A stretch of DNA of 64,000 bases from positions 11,177 to 75,176 of the forward strand of contig CAVWSI010000019.1 in assembly GCA_963757795.1 (NCBI GenBank), written 5' to 3'. Made by a program: the position numbers and the translations under genes. The notes beneath the pieces were generated by a model. That model made no database searches. It was not told the origin of the DNA and saw only the letters and a list, made by a program, of their open reading frames with translations. The DNA comes from an uncultured Solirubrobacterales bacterium (lineage in GTDB: Bacteria > Actinomycetota > Thermoleophilia > Solirubrobacterales > Solirubrobacteraceae). Positions within the stretch are counted from its first letter, which is position 1. Each line of letters opens with the position of its first letter. This document shows, one piece after another, positions 25,745 through 36,848 of this stretch.

Positions 25745-27967
25745 CTAGGCCGCTTCCGCCGGCTGCTCCTGGTCGGGCGGCGCCTCGGTCTCCTCGGCCT
25801 CGGGCGGCTTGGCGCCCTCGCGTGCCCACGGCTCGTCGAACTCGACGCGCCACTTGCCGTCGTCGGTCTGCTGCAGGGCGAGCCGGGCCCGGAAGCTCTT
25901 GCCCGAACGGCCCTTGAAGCCGGTGACCGCCTTCTCGGTCCGGCCGGTCTTGATCAGCTCCCGCGCCACCGACACCGGAAGCTGCTTGCCGGCCTTGGAC
26001 TTCCAGATCACGAACCCGCAGCCGGGATCCTCGCGCGACCAGCACGAGTAGCCCTTGCGGTTCTCGACGATGTCGCGGCCGCAGATCGGGCAGGGCCCCA
26101 GATTGGCCCGCGGGATCCGGACGTCCTTGAGGTTGCGATCGAGCTCGCCCACGGTGTCCTGGGTGAATTTGACGATGTCGCCCATGAATGCCTCGCGAGA
26201 GTCCCCGCCGGTCTCGATCAGCGCCAGCCGCCGCTCCCAGTCGCCGGTCAGGCCCGGCGAGGTGAGGGCGTGCTCGCCGAGCAGGCGGATCACGTTCAGG
26301 CCCTTCTCGGTGACCACCAGCGCGCGGGCGTCGCGCTCCACGTAGCCGACCTGGATCAGCCGCTCGATGATGGCCGCCCGGGTGGCCGGTGTGCCGATCC
26401 CGGAGTCCTTCATGGCCTCGCGCAGCTCCTCCTCGTCGACCAGCTTGCCGGCGGTCTCCATCGCCGCCAGCAGCGATCCTTCGGTATAGCGGCGCGGCGG
26501 CTTGGTCTCCTTCTCCTCGGAGGAGATCTCGGCGACTTCGACCTGCTCGCCGCGGGTCAGCTTGGGTAGCTGCTGCTCGCGCCCCTCGTCGTCGTCCGAC
26601 TGGTCAGCGTCCGGCAACTCTCCGTACACGGCGCGCCAGCCCGCCACGAGCAGCACCTTGCCCCGGGTGCGGAACACGTGTCTGGCCACGGTGGTCTCGA
26701 CCCGGGTGTTCTCGAACACCGCATCGGGATGGAAGATGGCCAGGAAGCGGCGCACCACGAGGTCGTAGATCCGGCGGTCGTCGTCGCTCATCTTGTCGAC
26801 GGGATGGCGCTCAGCCCGCGTTGGGATGATCGCGTGGTGGTCCGTGACCTTGGCGTCGTTGACCACCCGCGCGAGCGGCAGCACGTCGAGTCCGAGCACG
26901 TAGCGCGACGCCTCCGCGTACTCGCGCTGCTGCCCCACCAGCTTCGCGATCGGCTTGATCTCGGGGATCATGTCGCGCGTGATGTAGCGCGAGTTGGTGC
27001 GGGGGTAGGTCAGCGCCTTGTGCTCCTCGTACAGGCGCTGGGCGGCGGCCAGAGTGCGCCGGGCCGAGAAGCCAAACCGGCTGTTGGCGTCACGCTGGAG
27101 CGAGGTGAGGTCGTAAAGGAGCTGCGGGCGCTCCTTGCGCTCGGATTTTTCGAGCTTGGTGATCTCGCCGGTCTGCTCGCGGCAGGCCTCGACCACCGCG
27201 CGCGCCGTCTCGGCGGTCTTGACGCGCGGGTTGGCGCCGTCGTGGTAGCGACCCTCGTATACCCGCGGCCTGTCCTGCACCGGGTCGAACACCGCGTCGA
27301 CGACCCAGTAGGGCTCGGGCTTGAAGGCGCGGATCTCCTGCTCACGCCGGGCCAGGATGGCCAGGGTCGGCGTCTGCACCCGTCCCAGCGACACCGCGCC
27401 GTCAAACGAGCTCCGCAGCCGGATCGTGGCGGCGCGCGTGGCGTTCATGCCCACGATCCAGTCGGCCTCGGAGCGCGAGCGCGCCGCCGCCTCGAGCGTG
27501 GCCAGCTCGGCGCCTGGTCGCAGGGCGCCGAACGCCTCCTTGATCGCCGCGTTCGTCATCGAGTTCAGCCACAGCCGCTGGACCGGCTTCTTGGCGCCCG
27601 CCTTCTCGTACAGGTAGGCGAAGATCAGCTCGCCCTCGCGCCCCGCATCGCACGCGTTCACGACGCGTTCGACGTCATCGTCGTCGAGCTGGCGCTTGAC
27701 CACGTTCATCTGCTTCTTGGAGCGCTCGTCGCGGACCACCAGCTTGAAACGGTCCGGCACGATCGGTAGGTCGGCCATCCGCCACTTCTTGAAGCGGTCG
27801 TCGTACTCGTCGGGATCGGCCAGCTGGACCAGGTGGCCGACGGCCCACGTCACGACGTGCTCGGGACCGTCGAGGTAGCCCTCGTGCTTGGTGAACGGGC
27901 CCGGCAGCACGCGGGTGAGGTCGCGGCCGACGGACGGCTTCTCGGCAATGACGAGCGTCTTCCCCAT
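25745..27967 (-). CDS. topB: DNA topoisomerase III (type IA)
   Basis: LVIAEKPSV, NACDAGREGE, LGRVQTPTL, LTYPRTNS, DHHAIIPT, GIGTPATRA, C-terminal Zn ribbon. Confidence 0.93.
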   Translation of the reverse strand: MGKTLVIAEKPSVGRDLTRVLPGPFTKHEGYLDGPEHVVTWAVGHLVQLADPDEYDDRFKKWRMADLPIVPDRFKLVVRDERSKKQMNVVKRQLDDDDVERVVNACDAGREGELIFAYLYEKAGAKKPVQRLWLNSMTNAAIKEAFGALRPGAELATLEAAARSRSEADWIVGMNATRAATIRLRSSFDGAVSLGRVQTPTLAILARREQEIRAFKPEPYWVVDAVFDPVQDRPRVYEGRYHDGANPRVKTAETARAVVEACREQTGEITKLEKSERKERPQLLYDLTSLQRDANSRFGFSARRTLAAAQRLYEEHKALTYPRTNSRYITRDMIPEIKPIAKLVGQQREYAEASRYVLGLDVLPLARVVNDAKVTDHHAIIPTRAERHPVDKMSDDDRRIYDLVVRRFLAIFHPDAVFENTRVETTVARHVFRTRGKVLLVAGWRAVYGELPDADQSDDDEGREQQLPKLTRGEQVEVAEISSEEKETKPPRRYTEGSLLAAMETAGKLVDEEELREAMKDSGIGTPATRAAIIERLIQVGYVERDARALVVTEKGLNVIRLLGEHALTSPGLTGDWERRLALIETGGDSREAFMGDIVKFTQDTVGELDRNLKDVRIPRANLGPCPICGRDIVENRKGYSCWSREDPGCGFVIWKSKAGKQLPVSVARELIKTGRTEKAVTGFKGRSGKSFRARLALQQTDDGKWRVEFDEPWAREGAKPPEAEETEAPPDQEQPAEAA

Positions 27968-28041
27968 GAGTTCGCCGAGGGTAGCGCCCGCGTCAACCGG
28001 AACCCGCGGAGCCGACCGACCTCGGTGCTTTTCTGAAGTCG

Positions 28042-29015
28042 ATGCTGCGCGCGATCACGGCACTCGGACTGGCAGTGATCGCCACCGCTCTCGCGCCCCC
28101 GGCGAGCGCCTCCGCGCGCACGGATCCACCGAGGATCCTGACTCTCGGCGGCACCCTGACGAGCCGACCGATTCCGCCCGGCTTCCTCGGGTTCTCGTTC
28201 GAGTACTGGGCGGTGCCTGACTACGCCGGCCCCGATCCGAGCAGGCCGAACCCCGCCTTCCTACAGCTGATTCGCAACCTGGCCGGCGGCTCGCCGCCGG
28301 AGCTGCGGATCGGCGGGGTCACCATCGACACCACATGGTGGCCGGTGGCCGGACAGCAGGTGCCGGCCGGGGTCGGCTACAGCCTGACTCCCGGCTGGAT
28401 CCGGGTCATCGGGGCGGTCGCCGCGAGGCTCGGCGCGCGGACGATCCTTGGGGTGAATCTCGAGGCCGACAGCGCGACGATCGCCGGCGCCGAAGCCCGG
28501 GCGCTCCTGGGCGGGATTGACCGCCGCCGGGTGGAGGCGCTCGAGCCCGGCAACGAGCCGAGCTCTACGGGACGTTCACGTGGGGGTCCTCGGACGCCCC
28601 GGGACGCCCCAAGAGCTGGGACTTCGCGGGCTTCGATCAGGACTTCGCACGCATCAGCGGGGCGCTGCCGACCCTCCCGCTGGCCGGACCGACGGTCGGC
28701 CTGCCGAAGTGGTTCGGTGATCGAACGTGCCGTGACGTGCCGGAGGTCGCACACTCGTTCGCCTCGGCGCTCTGGTCGCTCGACGTCCTGTTCGAGATGG
28801 CCCGGGTCGGCGTCGACGGCGTCAACCTCCACACGTTCCCGGGTGCGACCTACCAGCTGTTCACGTTCAGCCGGGCGCACGGGCGGTGGCGCGGCGAGGC
28901 CACTGGCCTGCCCGTCGGCCCCCGCCGCACCTCGATGTTGCGCCCGACCCGACACCGTTACTTGGTCCGCGTTCCGGCCGCCAGCGCGGCCGTGCTCACC
29001 CTCCCCGCGGGCTAG
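28042..29015 (+). pseudogene. secreted glycoside hydrolase family 79-like, internally deleted
   Basis: Signal peptide, GFLGFSFEY, LRIGG, LEPGNEP (acid/base), SFASALWSLDVLF..GVNLH; nucleophile-bearing middle apparently missing; ~320 codons. Confidence 0.65.
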
Positions 29016-32000
29016 ACCGGCGAGCGCGGCTGCGTGCGCAACGCCGCCACCTTGCGCGCCACCGCGCCGAGGCCAAGACGCTCAGCCAGCGCCGCGGCTG
29101 CGTCGAGCAGCTCGCCGGCGCGAGGGTCGTCTGCGTCGGCGTGGCCGGCAGTCGCCCGGGCGTAGTCGACCTGGGTGCGGGCCAGGCAGCCCGGCGCCCT
29201 CAGCTCGGCGTTGGCGGCCAGCGCGCGCTCGAAGTGCGCGGCCGCCTGTTCCTCGCGGCCCATCGTGGCAGCGAGCTTGCCGAGGAAGCTCGCCGCCGAT
29301 CCGAGGCACACGGCGGCCAGGCCGATCACCACGTTGACGCCGGCGTACGGCTCGAGCTTGTCGTAGAGCAGCGCTGCCCGGTCGGCGTCGCCCAGATCGG
29401 CGCACACGTCGCTCAGGAGCGTCATCGAGATCATCCAGTCGAGGTCCTTGGGGACGTCCTCGAAGTCGTGGGCGGCCAGCCGTTCGAACTCCTCGCGCGC
29501 CTCGTCCAGCCTGCCCTCCTCGCACAGCAGGTTGGCCAGCGCGGCCCGCCAGGCCGGGCGGCGGGGATTCTCCGCCACCATGCGGCGGGTGGCCTGCTCG
29601 AGCTCGGCCATCCGTCCCTGGTCGCGCCGGATGGCGAGCACCTGGATCGCGTAGTACTGCGACGCGGTGACCGCCTCGACCGGCGCCCCGGCCGCGAGCG
29701 CCTCGGAGGCCAGCCGGTCGGCCCGCTCCGGTTCGCCGGCCAGGAGCGCCCGCATGCCGCGCCAGATGATCCCGGTCCATTCGAACAGGGTCTGGCGCAG
29801 CCGGTCCGCCCCGGCGGCGAACGCCTCCATCTGGGCGTCGACCGCGTCCCGGTCCCCCCGCTCGAGCAGGTCCACCACGAGCCAGGCATGGGCCTGGAGC
29901 TGGAGCTCGAGATTGCCGATCTGGCGCGCCAGCGTGAGCATCTCGGTCGACACCTCGAGCCGCTCCTGCAGGTGCGGAGCGTCCCACAGGACCCGTCGGC
30001 GCGCGGCGCAGGCGTACGCGCGCGCCTCGGGATCGCCCAGCTCGGCGGCGATCTCGATCGCCTCCAGGCTCAGCGCCTCCATCCGCACGCGGTCCGGCGA
30101 GTAGTAGATCGCCCCGCACAGGCAGGCGAGCAGCCGCACCCGCATCAGCGTCCGCTCCGGCTCGAGCTCGAGCGCGCGCTCGATCATCGCGATCAGCTCG
30201 GCGTCGACCACCCCGGGCGGCTGCACATAGCGCCGGGAGGCTCCCACCGCGGCGCGGGCCAGCGCCGACCCGTCGTCGAGCTGCTCGGCCAGCGCCGCCG
30301 CCTCGCGAAACGCCGACGAGGCGTGAGACCGCTCCCCGCTTCGGACCCGCGCTTCGCCGAGCTCGAGCAGGAGCTCGCAGCGGCGCTGCGTGGCCTCGGG
30401 CTGGAATCGCCCCTGAACGTCGATGGCCCGGGCGTAGTGCTCGGCCGCCTCTTCGTGGGCGAGCATCGTCGTGGCCTGCTCGGCCGCGCGCAGGGCGTAC
30501 GTGATGGCCTCCTCCGCGTCCTCTTCGTCGGCCACGCCGCGGGTGAAGTGATGGGCGAGCTCGGGCAGATAGCGCTCACGGCGGCGGCCCTGCATGGCCT
30601 CGATCGCCTCGCCCACTCGCTTGTGGACCCGGGCCCGGCGCGGCACCGACATCGCCTCGTACAGGGTCTCGCGGATCAGCGCATGGGAAAACCGATACGA
30701 GCCGGGCATCTCGTCGGACTCGACCAGGAGCCCCGCCGCCAGCGCGTCGTCGAGCGCGCTCAGGAACTCCTCCTCCCCGAGCAGCACCACCCGCTCGAGC
30801 AGGGCCGCGTCCACGTCGCGGCCGATCACCGCGGCCACGCGGAGCAGCTCGACGGCCGGCGCTTCGAGTCGGCCCAGCCGCCACGCGATGACCTGCTTGA
30901 CGCCCTCGGGCAGGCCAAAGCGCTGCAGCTCGGAGGCACTCGCGCTGCCGGTATGCACGCCGGCCTCGAGCAGGTGGCGGACGATCTCCTCCACGAAGAA
31001 CGGGTTGCCCTCGGTCTCCTCGTAGAGCGCTCGCGCGAACGACCGTGAGGGGGCCTCGGCGGCCCGGACGGCCACCAGCTCAGCGGTCTCGGCCTCGTTC
31101 AGGCCTCGAATGTCCAGCTGCGAGGCCAGCCGATCGCGGAGGAGCTCGGTCAGGGCGTTGGTGAACGTGTCGCCCCGTCGCTCTGTGGCGCGGTAGGCGC
31201 CCAGGATCAGCAGGCGGGCTGGGGTACTGGCGCGGGCCAGGTGGCGCAGGAGCAGAAGCGTCGGCCGGTCGGCCCACTGAAGGTCGTCGAGCACGAGCAG
31301 TACCGGCGCCGAGCGTCGAGAGCTCGGTCAAGAGCCCCACCACCGCCTCGAACAGCCGGTAGCGCTCGGTCTCGGGCTCGTCCGCGGGCGGCGGGGGCAG
31401 GTCGGGGGCGCGGCGACGGAAGCTCCGGGATCAGGCGGGCGAGTTCGGAGCCGTACTCGCGGGCGGTGCTGCTCAGATCGGCCGCCGGCGCGTTCAGGGC
31501 CCAATGGCGGAGCGCCTCGAGGATCGGCTGGTAGGGAACCACGGTCTCGCGCGGGGCACGGCCCGCGAGCACGATTGCCCCCGCCTCGTGCACGCGGCGG
31601 GCCAGCTCGGCGGTGAGCGTCGTCTTGCCGATTCCGGCGTCACCGGCCAGCAGCACCAGCTGGCCGGATCCGTCCGGCCCGCTGGCCAGCTTCCAGAAGG
31701 CCTCGAGCTCGGCCAGCTCGCCGGCGCGGCCGATCAGGGGAACCTGCGCGCGGTGGCGCAGGTCGGCCGGCAGCGGGATCGACGTGCCGGGGCCACCGTC
31801 CGGCGCGGACCGGGTCGCGCCGGCGACGTGCTTTTGCGGACGAAGCAGCCGATCGTAGGTTGCGATCGCCTCGGGAGACGGGCTCGTGCCTAGCTCGTCG
31901 CGCAGCAGCGTCCGCAGGGCGTCGAACACGCGCATCGCCTCGGCCGCGTTGCCCCGGGCGGCCAGCGCCTCGATGAGGATCACGTAGCCCGACTCCCGGT

Positions 32001-32598
32001 AGGGCTCGGCCTCGATCAAGGTTCGCGCCGCCCGCTCGGCTGACTGGAGCTGCGTGCCACCCATGACCAGCCCGGAGCGCCCGATCACATCGAGCGCCAT
32101 CAGACGGACCTGTTCGAGCTCGCGCCGGGCGGCCTCCAGCCAGCTCGCCTGCGAGCCCGGGAGGAGGCCGCGGCTGGCGATGTTGAGCGGCACCTGAGCC
32201 AGCGCCCAAGCGCGGCGCGCGTCGCCCCGCTCGAGTGCATCGTGCGCCCGGGCGACCTCGGCGCCGGCGGCTTCCACGTCGATCCATACCGGCTCGGGCA
32301 GGTCCAGGATCAGCTCGTCGCGCCCCGTGACGGTGCCGGCGCCGAGCGAAGAGCGCAGCCGGCTCAGGAGGGTGCGCAGAGCAGCATCCTGCGACACCGG
32401 CGCCTGATTCGGCCACAGGGCGCCGATCAGCTCGTCGCGGCTCACGTGCCGACCGCGGCTGAGCACCAGGTAGGCAAGGAGCAGCGGCACCTGCTTGCCG
32501 CGCAGTCGCTCGGACAGTTGCACGCCGCCGATCTCCACGGACAACCGTCCACAGAGCTGAATGCGAGTCGTCTCGGGCGGGCGCTCTGCCTGCGGCAA
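29012..32598 (-). CDS. SARP-type (wHTH + BTAD) regulator fused to STAND AAA ATPase and TPR-like sensor (frameshifts ~31300-31420)
   Basis: VSRDELIGALWP..LRTLLSRLRSSL; EPYRESGY..LRDELGTSPS; GDAGIGKT; LDDLQWAD; TEGNPFFVEE; YRFSHALIRETLY. Confidence 0.9.
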
Positions 32599-32624
32599 CG
32601 TTCTGGAAACGTATCGACAACGTC
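32596..32624. promoter_or_regulatory. three 11-bp-phased direct repeats (SARP-box like)
   Basis: cAACGTt 32596, aAACGTa 32607, cAACGTc 32618. Confidence 0.65.
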
Positions 32625-32696
32625 AAAGCGGCATCTTCCGACCCAGTGGACACCGAGGTCAGACGCAGCGACGTACTCGGCGGGGCGCAACGAGAG

Positions 32697-32915
32697 GTGA
32701 CGCGGGGCCGCAGCGATGACGGCCACACGACCGCAGTCAACGGAGGGCACCGGCGAATCGCCTACTGCGAGTGCGGGGCGCAGCTCGCAGGCGACGACGA
32801 GCGCGAGCTCTTCTCAGCGGCTCAGCGGCACCTCGCTCACCATCATCCTCAGCTGCTGGGGGCACTGGGGCCGCGGATGGTGAGTCAGATGGCCGAGGAC
32901 GTCGGGGGGCACTAG
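32697..32915 (+). CDS. small DUF1059-like putative metal-binding protein
   Basis: CECG..GDDERELF..AQRHLAHHHP pattern; start could be 32646 or 32697. Confidence 0.7.
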   Translation: MTRGRSDDGHTTAVNGGHRRIAYCECGAQLAGDDERELFSAAQRHLAHHHPQLLGALGPRMVSQMAEDVGGH

Positions 32916-32943
32916 CACTTCGGAGCCCCCGGGGGCGAACGGA

Positions 32944-32985
32944 CCTAGGGGCGGGCGGTGTGCAGACCACCGCCCGCCCTTTAGG
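32944..32985. terminator. hairpin between convergent genes
   Basis: GGGCGGGCGGTG-7-CACCGCCCGCCC then TTT. Confidence 0.6.
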
Positions 32986-33008
32986 ACTGTTGTTCGAGCG
33001 CGGGCGCC

Positions 33009-34169
33009 CTACCCCGAGCAGGGGCCGGTCGGCACCGCGTGGAACCGTGACCGCGACGCGGCCAGCTGGGTCCGCACCAGCGAGTTCGGCACCGCGAAGC
33101 CGCCGTTTCCGCTCGGGGATCCGGTGATCGCGGCGAACACGGTCGCCGCCACGTGCCCGGCGCCGTCCACCATCGGCCCGCCCGAGTTCCCGGGCCGCAC
33201 CCGGCCGCGCAGCGCGGTGATGCTGCGCAGCACGGGACCGTTGCCATACGCGTCCTCGGTGCTGACCACCTCGGTCTGGCCGACGCGGCCGGGCTCGACG
33301 TCGAACCCTCCGTCGAGGGGGTAGCCGAGGATCGCCGCCGGCGTGCCCGCCGGCGAGGCGACCGCCAGCTCCAGGACCGGCAGGTGCAGGCCGGGCACAC
33401 GCAGCACGGCCACGTCATCGTGCGGATCGAAGTCGATCACGTCGGCATCGAGTCCCGGCGGGTTGCCGTCGATCTGGATCGTGGTGTCGGACTCCCCGGC
33501 CACCACGTGGGCGTTGGTCACCACCAGGTGGGGACCGGCCACCCAGCCGCTGCCCTCGATGCCCAGGCCGCAGGCGCTGCCCAGCACCTTGACCACGCTC
33601 CGGGAGGCTGCCTTCACGCGAGGGGCGGTCGCGATCCCGGGCGGTGGCGGCGACACGTTGGCCGCCGGGCCACGCACCGACGGGAGTGGGTCGATGCGGG
33701 CCAACGCGTGCAGGATCGGTCCCGACGGCGGCAGCAGTTCGTTCAGTTTCCTGAGGATGGCCGAGCGCTGGATGTCGCGCTTGAGCACCAGCGAGCTGGT
33801 CGACTGGAAGGCGATCGCGCCCACGATCCAGGCGATGCCGAGCGCCACCGACGCCGTGAGCGCCGCCCCGAGCAGCCCGTCCATCGCGCGCAGCCCGGGC
33901 AGCCGCAGGAACATCCGGGCTCGGGCCCCGACCCCCTCGAACCCGCTGGCCAGCACGGCACCGGCCAGGAGCGCCCCGAGCAGGCCGAACAGCGGCGCGT
34001 ACTGTGAGTGCGATCCGCCGGGCAGGATCAGCGGGGCCAGCCGGGTCCCGAGGAACGCTCCGATGCCGAAGCCGAGCAGCGAGAGGGCGCCGACGATGAA
34101 GCCCTGCAGGTAGCCGTAGACCGCGAGCAGCGCCGTGAAGGCCACGATCAGCCAGTCGACTTTTGTCAC
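33009..34169 (-). CDS. marP: MarP-family membrane serine protease (CvpA TM + trypsin domain)
   Basis: 4 TMs; GSACGLGIEGSG, VTNAHVV, DVAVL, PGNSGGP. Confidence 0.9.
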   Translation of the reverse strand: MTKVDWLIVAFTALLAVYGYLQGFIVGALSLLGFGIGAFLGTRLAPLILPGGSHSQYAPLFGLLGALLAGAVLASGFEGVGARARMFLRLPGLRAMDGLLGAALTASVALGIAWIVGAIAFQSTSSLVLKRDIQRSAILRKLNELLPPSGPILHALARIDPLPSVRGPAANVSPPPPGIATAPRVKAASRSVVKVLGSACGLGIEGSGWVAGPHLVVTNAHVVAGESDTTIQIDGNPPGLDADVIDFDPHDDVAVLRVPGLHLPVLELAVASPAGTPAAILGYPLDGGFDVEPGRVGQTEVVSTEDAYGNGPVLRSITALRGRVRPGNSGGPMVDGAGHVAATVFAAITGSPSGNGGFAVPNSLVRTQLAASRSRFHAVPTGPCSG

Positions 34170-34231
34170 CGCCGGGAGGTTAGGGAGAGCGTTCTTCTAC
34201 CGTTCCGGGTGAGGTGGCTCCCAGTGTGCTG

Positions 34232-35938
34232 ATGGAGGGGGGTGCAAGACGCCGAGACAGGCGCCGGTGGAGAAGACGGGTCCGGCTGCTCATCCCGCTT
34301 GCCGTGGTCGCCGCGGTGGCGGTCGCGGCGGTGCTGCTGATCCGCGGCTCGGGCGGCCATCGTGAGCGGGATCTGGTGACCAGCTACGTGCGCGGCTGGG
34401 CCGCCGGCGACTACCGCCAGATGTACTCGCTGCTCGATCCGGTCTCGCAGAACGACGTGAGCGAGCCGGCCTTCGCCGCCGCGTATCGGCGCGATGCGCG
34501 CGGTGGCGACTCTTCAGTCGCTCGCCGCGGTCCGCGTCGGCAGCCGGCGCGGCGAGGACGTGCCGGTGGCCATGGTCGCGCGGACGCGGCTGTTCGGCGA
34601 GCTTCGCGAGACGCTCGAGGTGCCCCTGGGCGGCACGGCGTCGAACCCCACCGTGCGCTTCACCTCCGCCATGCTTTTCCCCGGGTTGCGCGGTCGCGAG
34701 CGGCTCGTCCGGCACATGGCGCTCTCCCCGCGCGGCACGCTGTTCGCTGCCGACGGGACCGCGCTCGGCCCAGGGACCGGACCGCACCTCGCCGATCGCC
34801 GACGTCGCGGGACAGATCGCCGGCGTGCTCGGGCCGATCCCGGCCGAGGACGCGGCCGGCTACGCCGCCCAGGGCTATCCGGCCGACGCCAAGGTGGGCC
34901 AGAACGGACTCGAGCGGGCCTTCCAGAGCCAACTCGCCGGCCTTCCGGGCGGGGTGTTGCGGGCCGGCCGCCGCGTGCTCGCCCGCGTCGCCCCGAAGCC
35001 CGGACATGACGTGACCACCACGATCGTGCCGGCGATCGAGCGCGCCGCGGTCGCCGCCCTGGCCGGGCGCTACGGCGGGATCGCCGCCATGAACCCGCGC
35101 ACCGGCGCACTGCTCGCGCTGGCCGGCGTCGCCTTCTCGGCCCTGCAGCCGCCCGGCTCGACGATGAAGATCCTCACCGCCACCGGGGCGCTCGAGGCCG
35201 GCATCGTCAAGCTGTCGGACACGTTCCCGATCGCCACCAGCGCGACGATCGAGGGCTACACGCTGCACAACGCCGGCGGCGAGGCGTGCGGCGGCACGTT
35301 CCTGAATGCGTTCGCGGTGTCGTGCAACTCGGTGTTCGCGCCACTCGGCGTCAAGCTCGGAGGGCGCGCGACTGGTCGACGTGGCCGAGCGCTTCGGCTT
35401 CAACCAGCCGCCCCACGATTCCGGGCGCTGCGGAGTCGGAGATCCCGTCGGCGAGCGCGATCGGCGGCGATCTGGCCGTCGGCTCATCGGCGATCGGCCA
35501 GGGACAGGTGCAGGCCAGCGTGCTCGAGATGACCGATGTGGCGGCCACCATCGCCATGGGCGGACGCCGGCCGCTGCCCACGCTCGAGGCCCACCGTCCG
35601 CCGCACTTCGTGCACGTCACCAGCCGGCGCGTCGCCGGCCTGCTTCAGCGGTTGATGGTCGCGGTGGTGCAGTTCGGCACCGGGACCGCCGCCGCGATCC
35701 CCGGCGTGACGGTGGCGGGCAAGACCGGCACGGCGGAGCTTCAGAACACGGCCACGGCGACCGGCGCCAACACCCCGACGCCAACCAGCAGACCGACGCC
35801 TGGTTCGTCGGCTACGCGCCGGTGGGCGCGCCGCGCATCGTTGCCGGCGCGCTCTTCCCCAATCAGGGCGCCGGCGGTGCCACGGCCGCGCCGGCCGTGC
35901 GTCAGGTGCTGGTGGCCGGCCTCCAGGCCACCCATTGA
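34232..35938 (+). CDS. penicillin-binding transpeptidase with NTF2-like N-terminal domain (frameshifted)
   Basis: N-terminal TM; GSTMK (SxxK), SCN (SxN), GKTGTAE (KTG), AWFVGYAP. Confidence 0.88.
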
Positions 35939-36005
35939 GCGCGCCGCCCCGCAGTACGGGCGGGGGCAAATGAACGCGCCGCGCCGCCGGCCGTACGGAC
36001 GGGGC

Positions 36006-36119
36006 GGGCAAATTCCGTCAATGCCTCGTCGGCTGAGGCGGCTGTGACGGATTCTGCCTCTCCCAGGGTCAGAATCCGGAATTCCGTGCGGGGCGCGGGC
36101 CGAGTGACGGAAATTGCCC
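36006..36119. repeat. tandem REP-like hairpins between convergent genes
   Basis: GGGCAAATTCCGTCA (36006) pairs with TGACGGATTCTGCC (~36045) and TGACGGAAATTGCCC (36105). Confidence 0.65.
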
Positions 36120-36230
36120 CTGCCCCTTCCCCTTCCCCTTCCCCTCCCACGGCCACTGCCCGCTCCGCCTCCCATGCCGTTCCGCGCCGGAGATCGCGCG
36201 GCCGGCGCTCCACCCCCTGCCGCCTGCGGA

Positions 36231-36789
36231 TCAGAGATCGAGTGAGATCTCGCCTGGCTTGGACGACCCGCCGGGGAAGATCTGGAGCGTCAGCGGCCGG
36301 TTGGAGAACACCGAATTCGGCAGTTTGAACAGCAGCAGGTTGCCCCCGGTCGGGCCGAAGGACGCGGTCGTGTTCAGCACCGGCTGCGACCCCGGAAGCC
36401 GGCAGGGACTGCCGGGTCCAGGCGTACGCATTCAGCACGCCGTTCACGCGGATCGGGAAGTAGTGCTGGCCGTTGGAGTCGACGATGTCGAACTTGCTGG
36501 CGGTGAGGTTCGGGTGCTCGGTCTGGTTCTTGGCCCACAGGAAAACCCCGTACCAGAGCTGGTTGGCGCGAGGGGCAACCGTGCCGGCGGGCAGGCCGGC
36601 CAGGTACTGGCGATCCTCGGTCGAGTACTGGTTGAGCACGCGGGAGATCTGAAGCTGGTAGGTGATCGGCCCGGCGTCCACATAGACGCCGTTGTTCAAC
36701 AGGCTCGTCGGCTGCGACTCCTGACCGCAAGCCGACAGCGCGAGGGCCACAACGAGGGCTCCGAGGATCCACAGGCGGCGCACTTTCAC
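36231..36789 (-). CDS. hypothetical lipoprotein (frameshift ~36400)
   Basis: Lipobox LALSAC; YQLQISRVLN; C-terminus LLLFKLPNSVFSNRPLTLQI..ISLDL in a second frame. Confidence 0.7.
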
Positions 36790-36848
36790 CGGGGCGGAAG
36801 TCTAGTGGTCGGTCCCATAAGTGCGTTCGCACCGAGAGGGGCCACTGG

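Noticed and set aside
36117-36148. CCCCTT tandem repeat
   Set aside because: About four short intergenic units; not a CRISPR array and no evident phase-variation target
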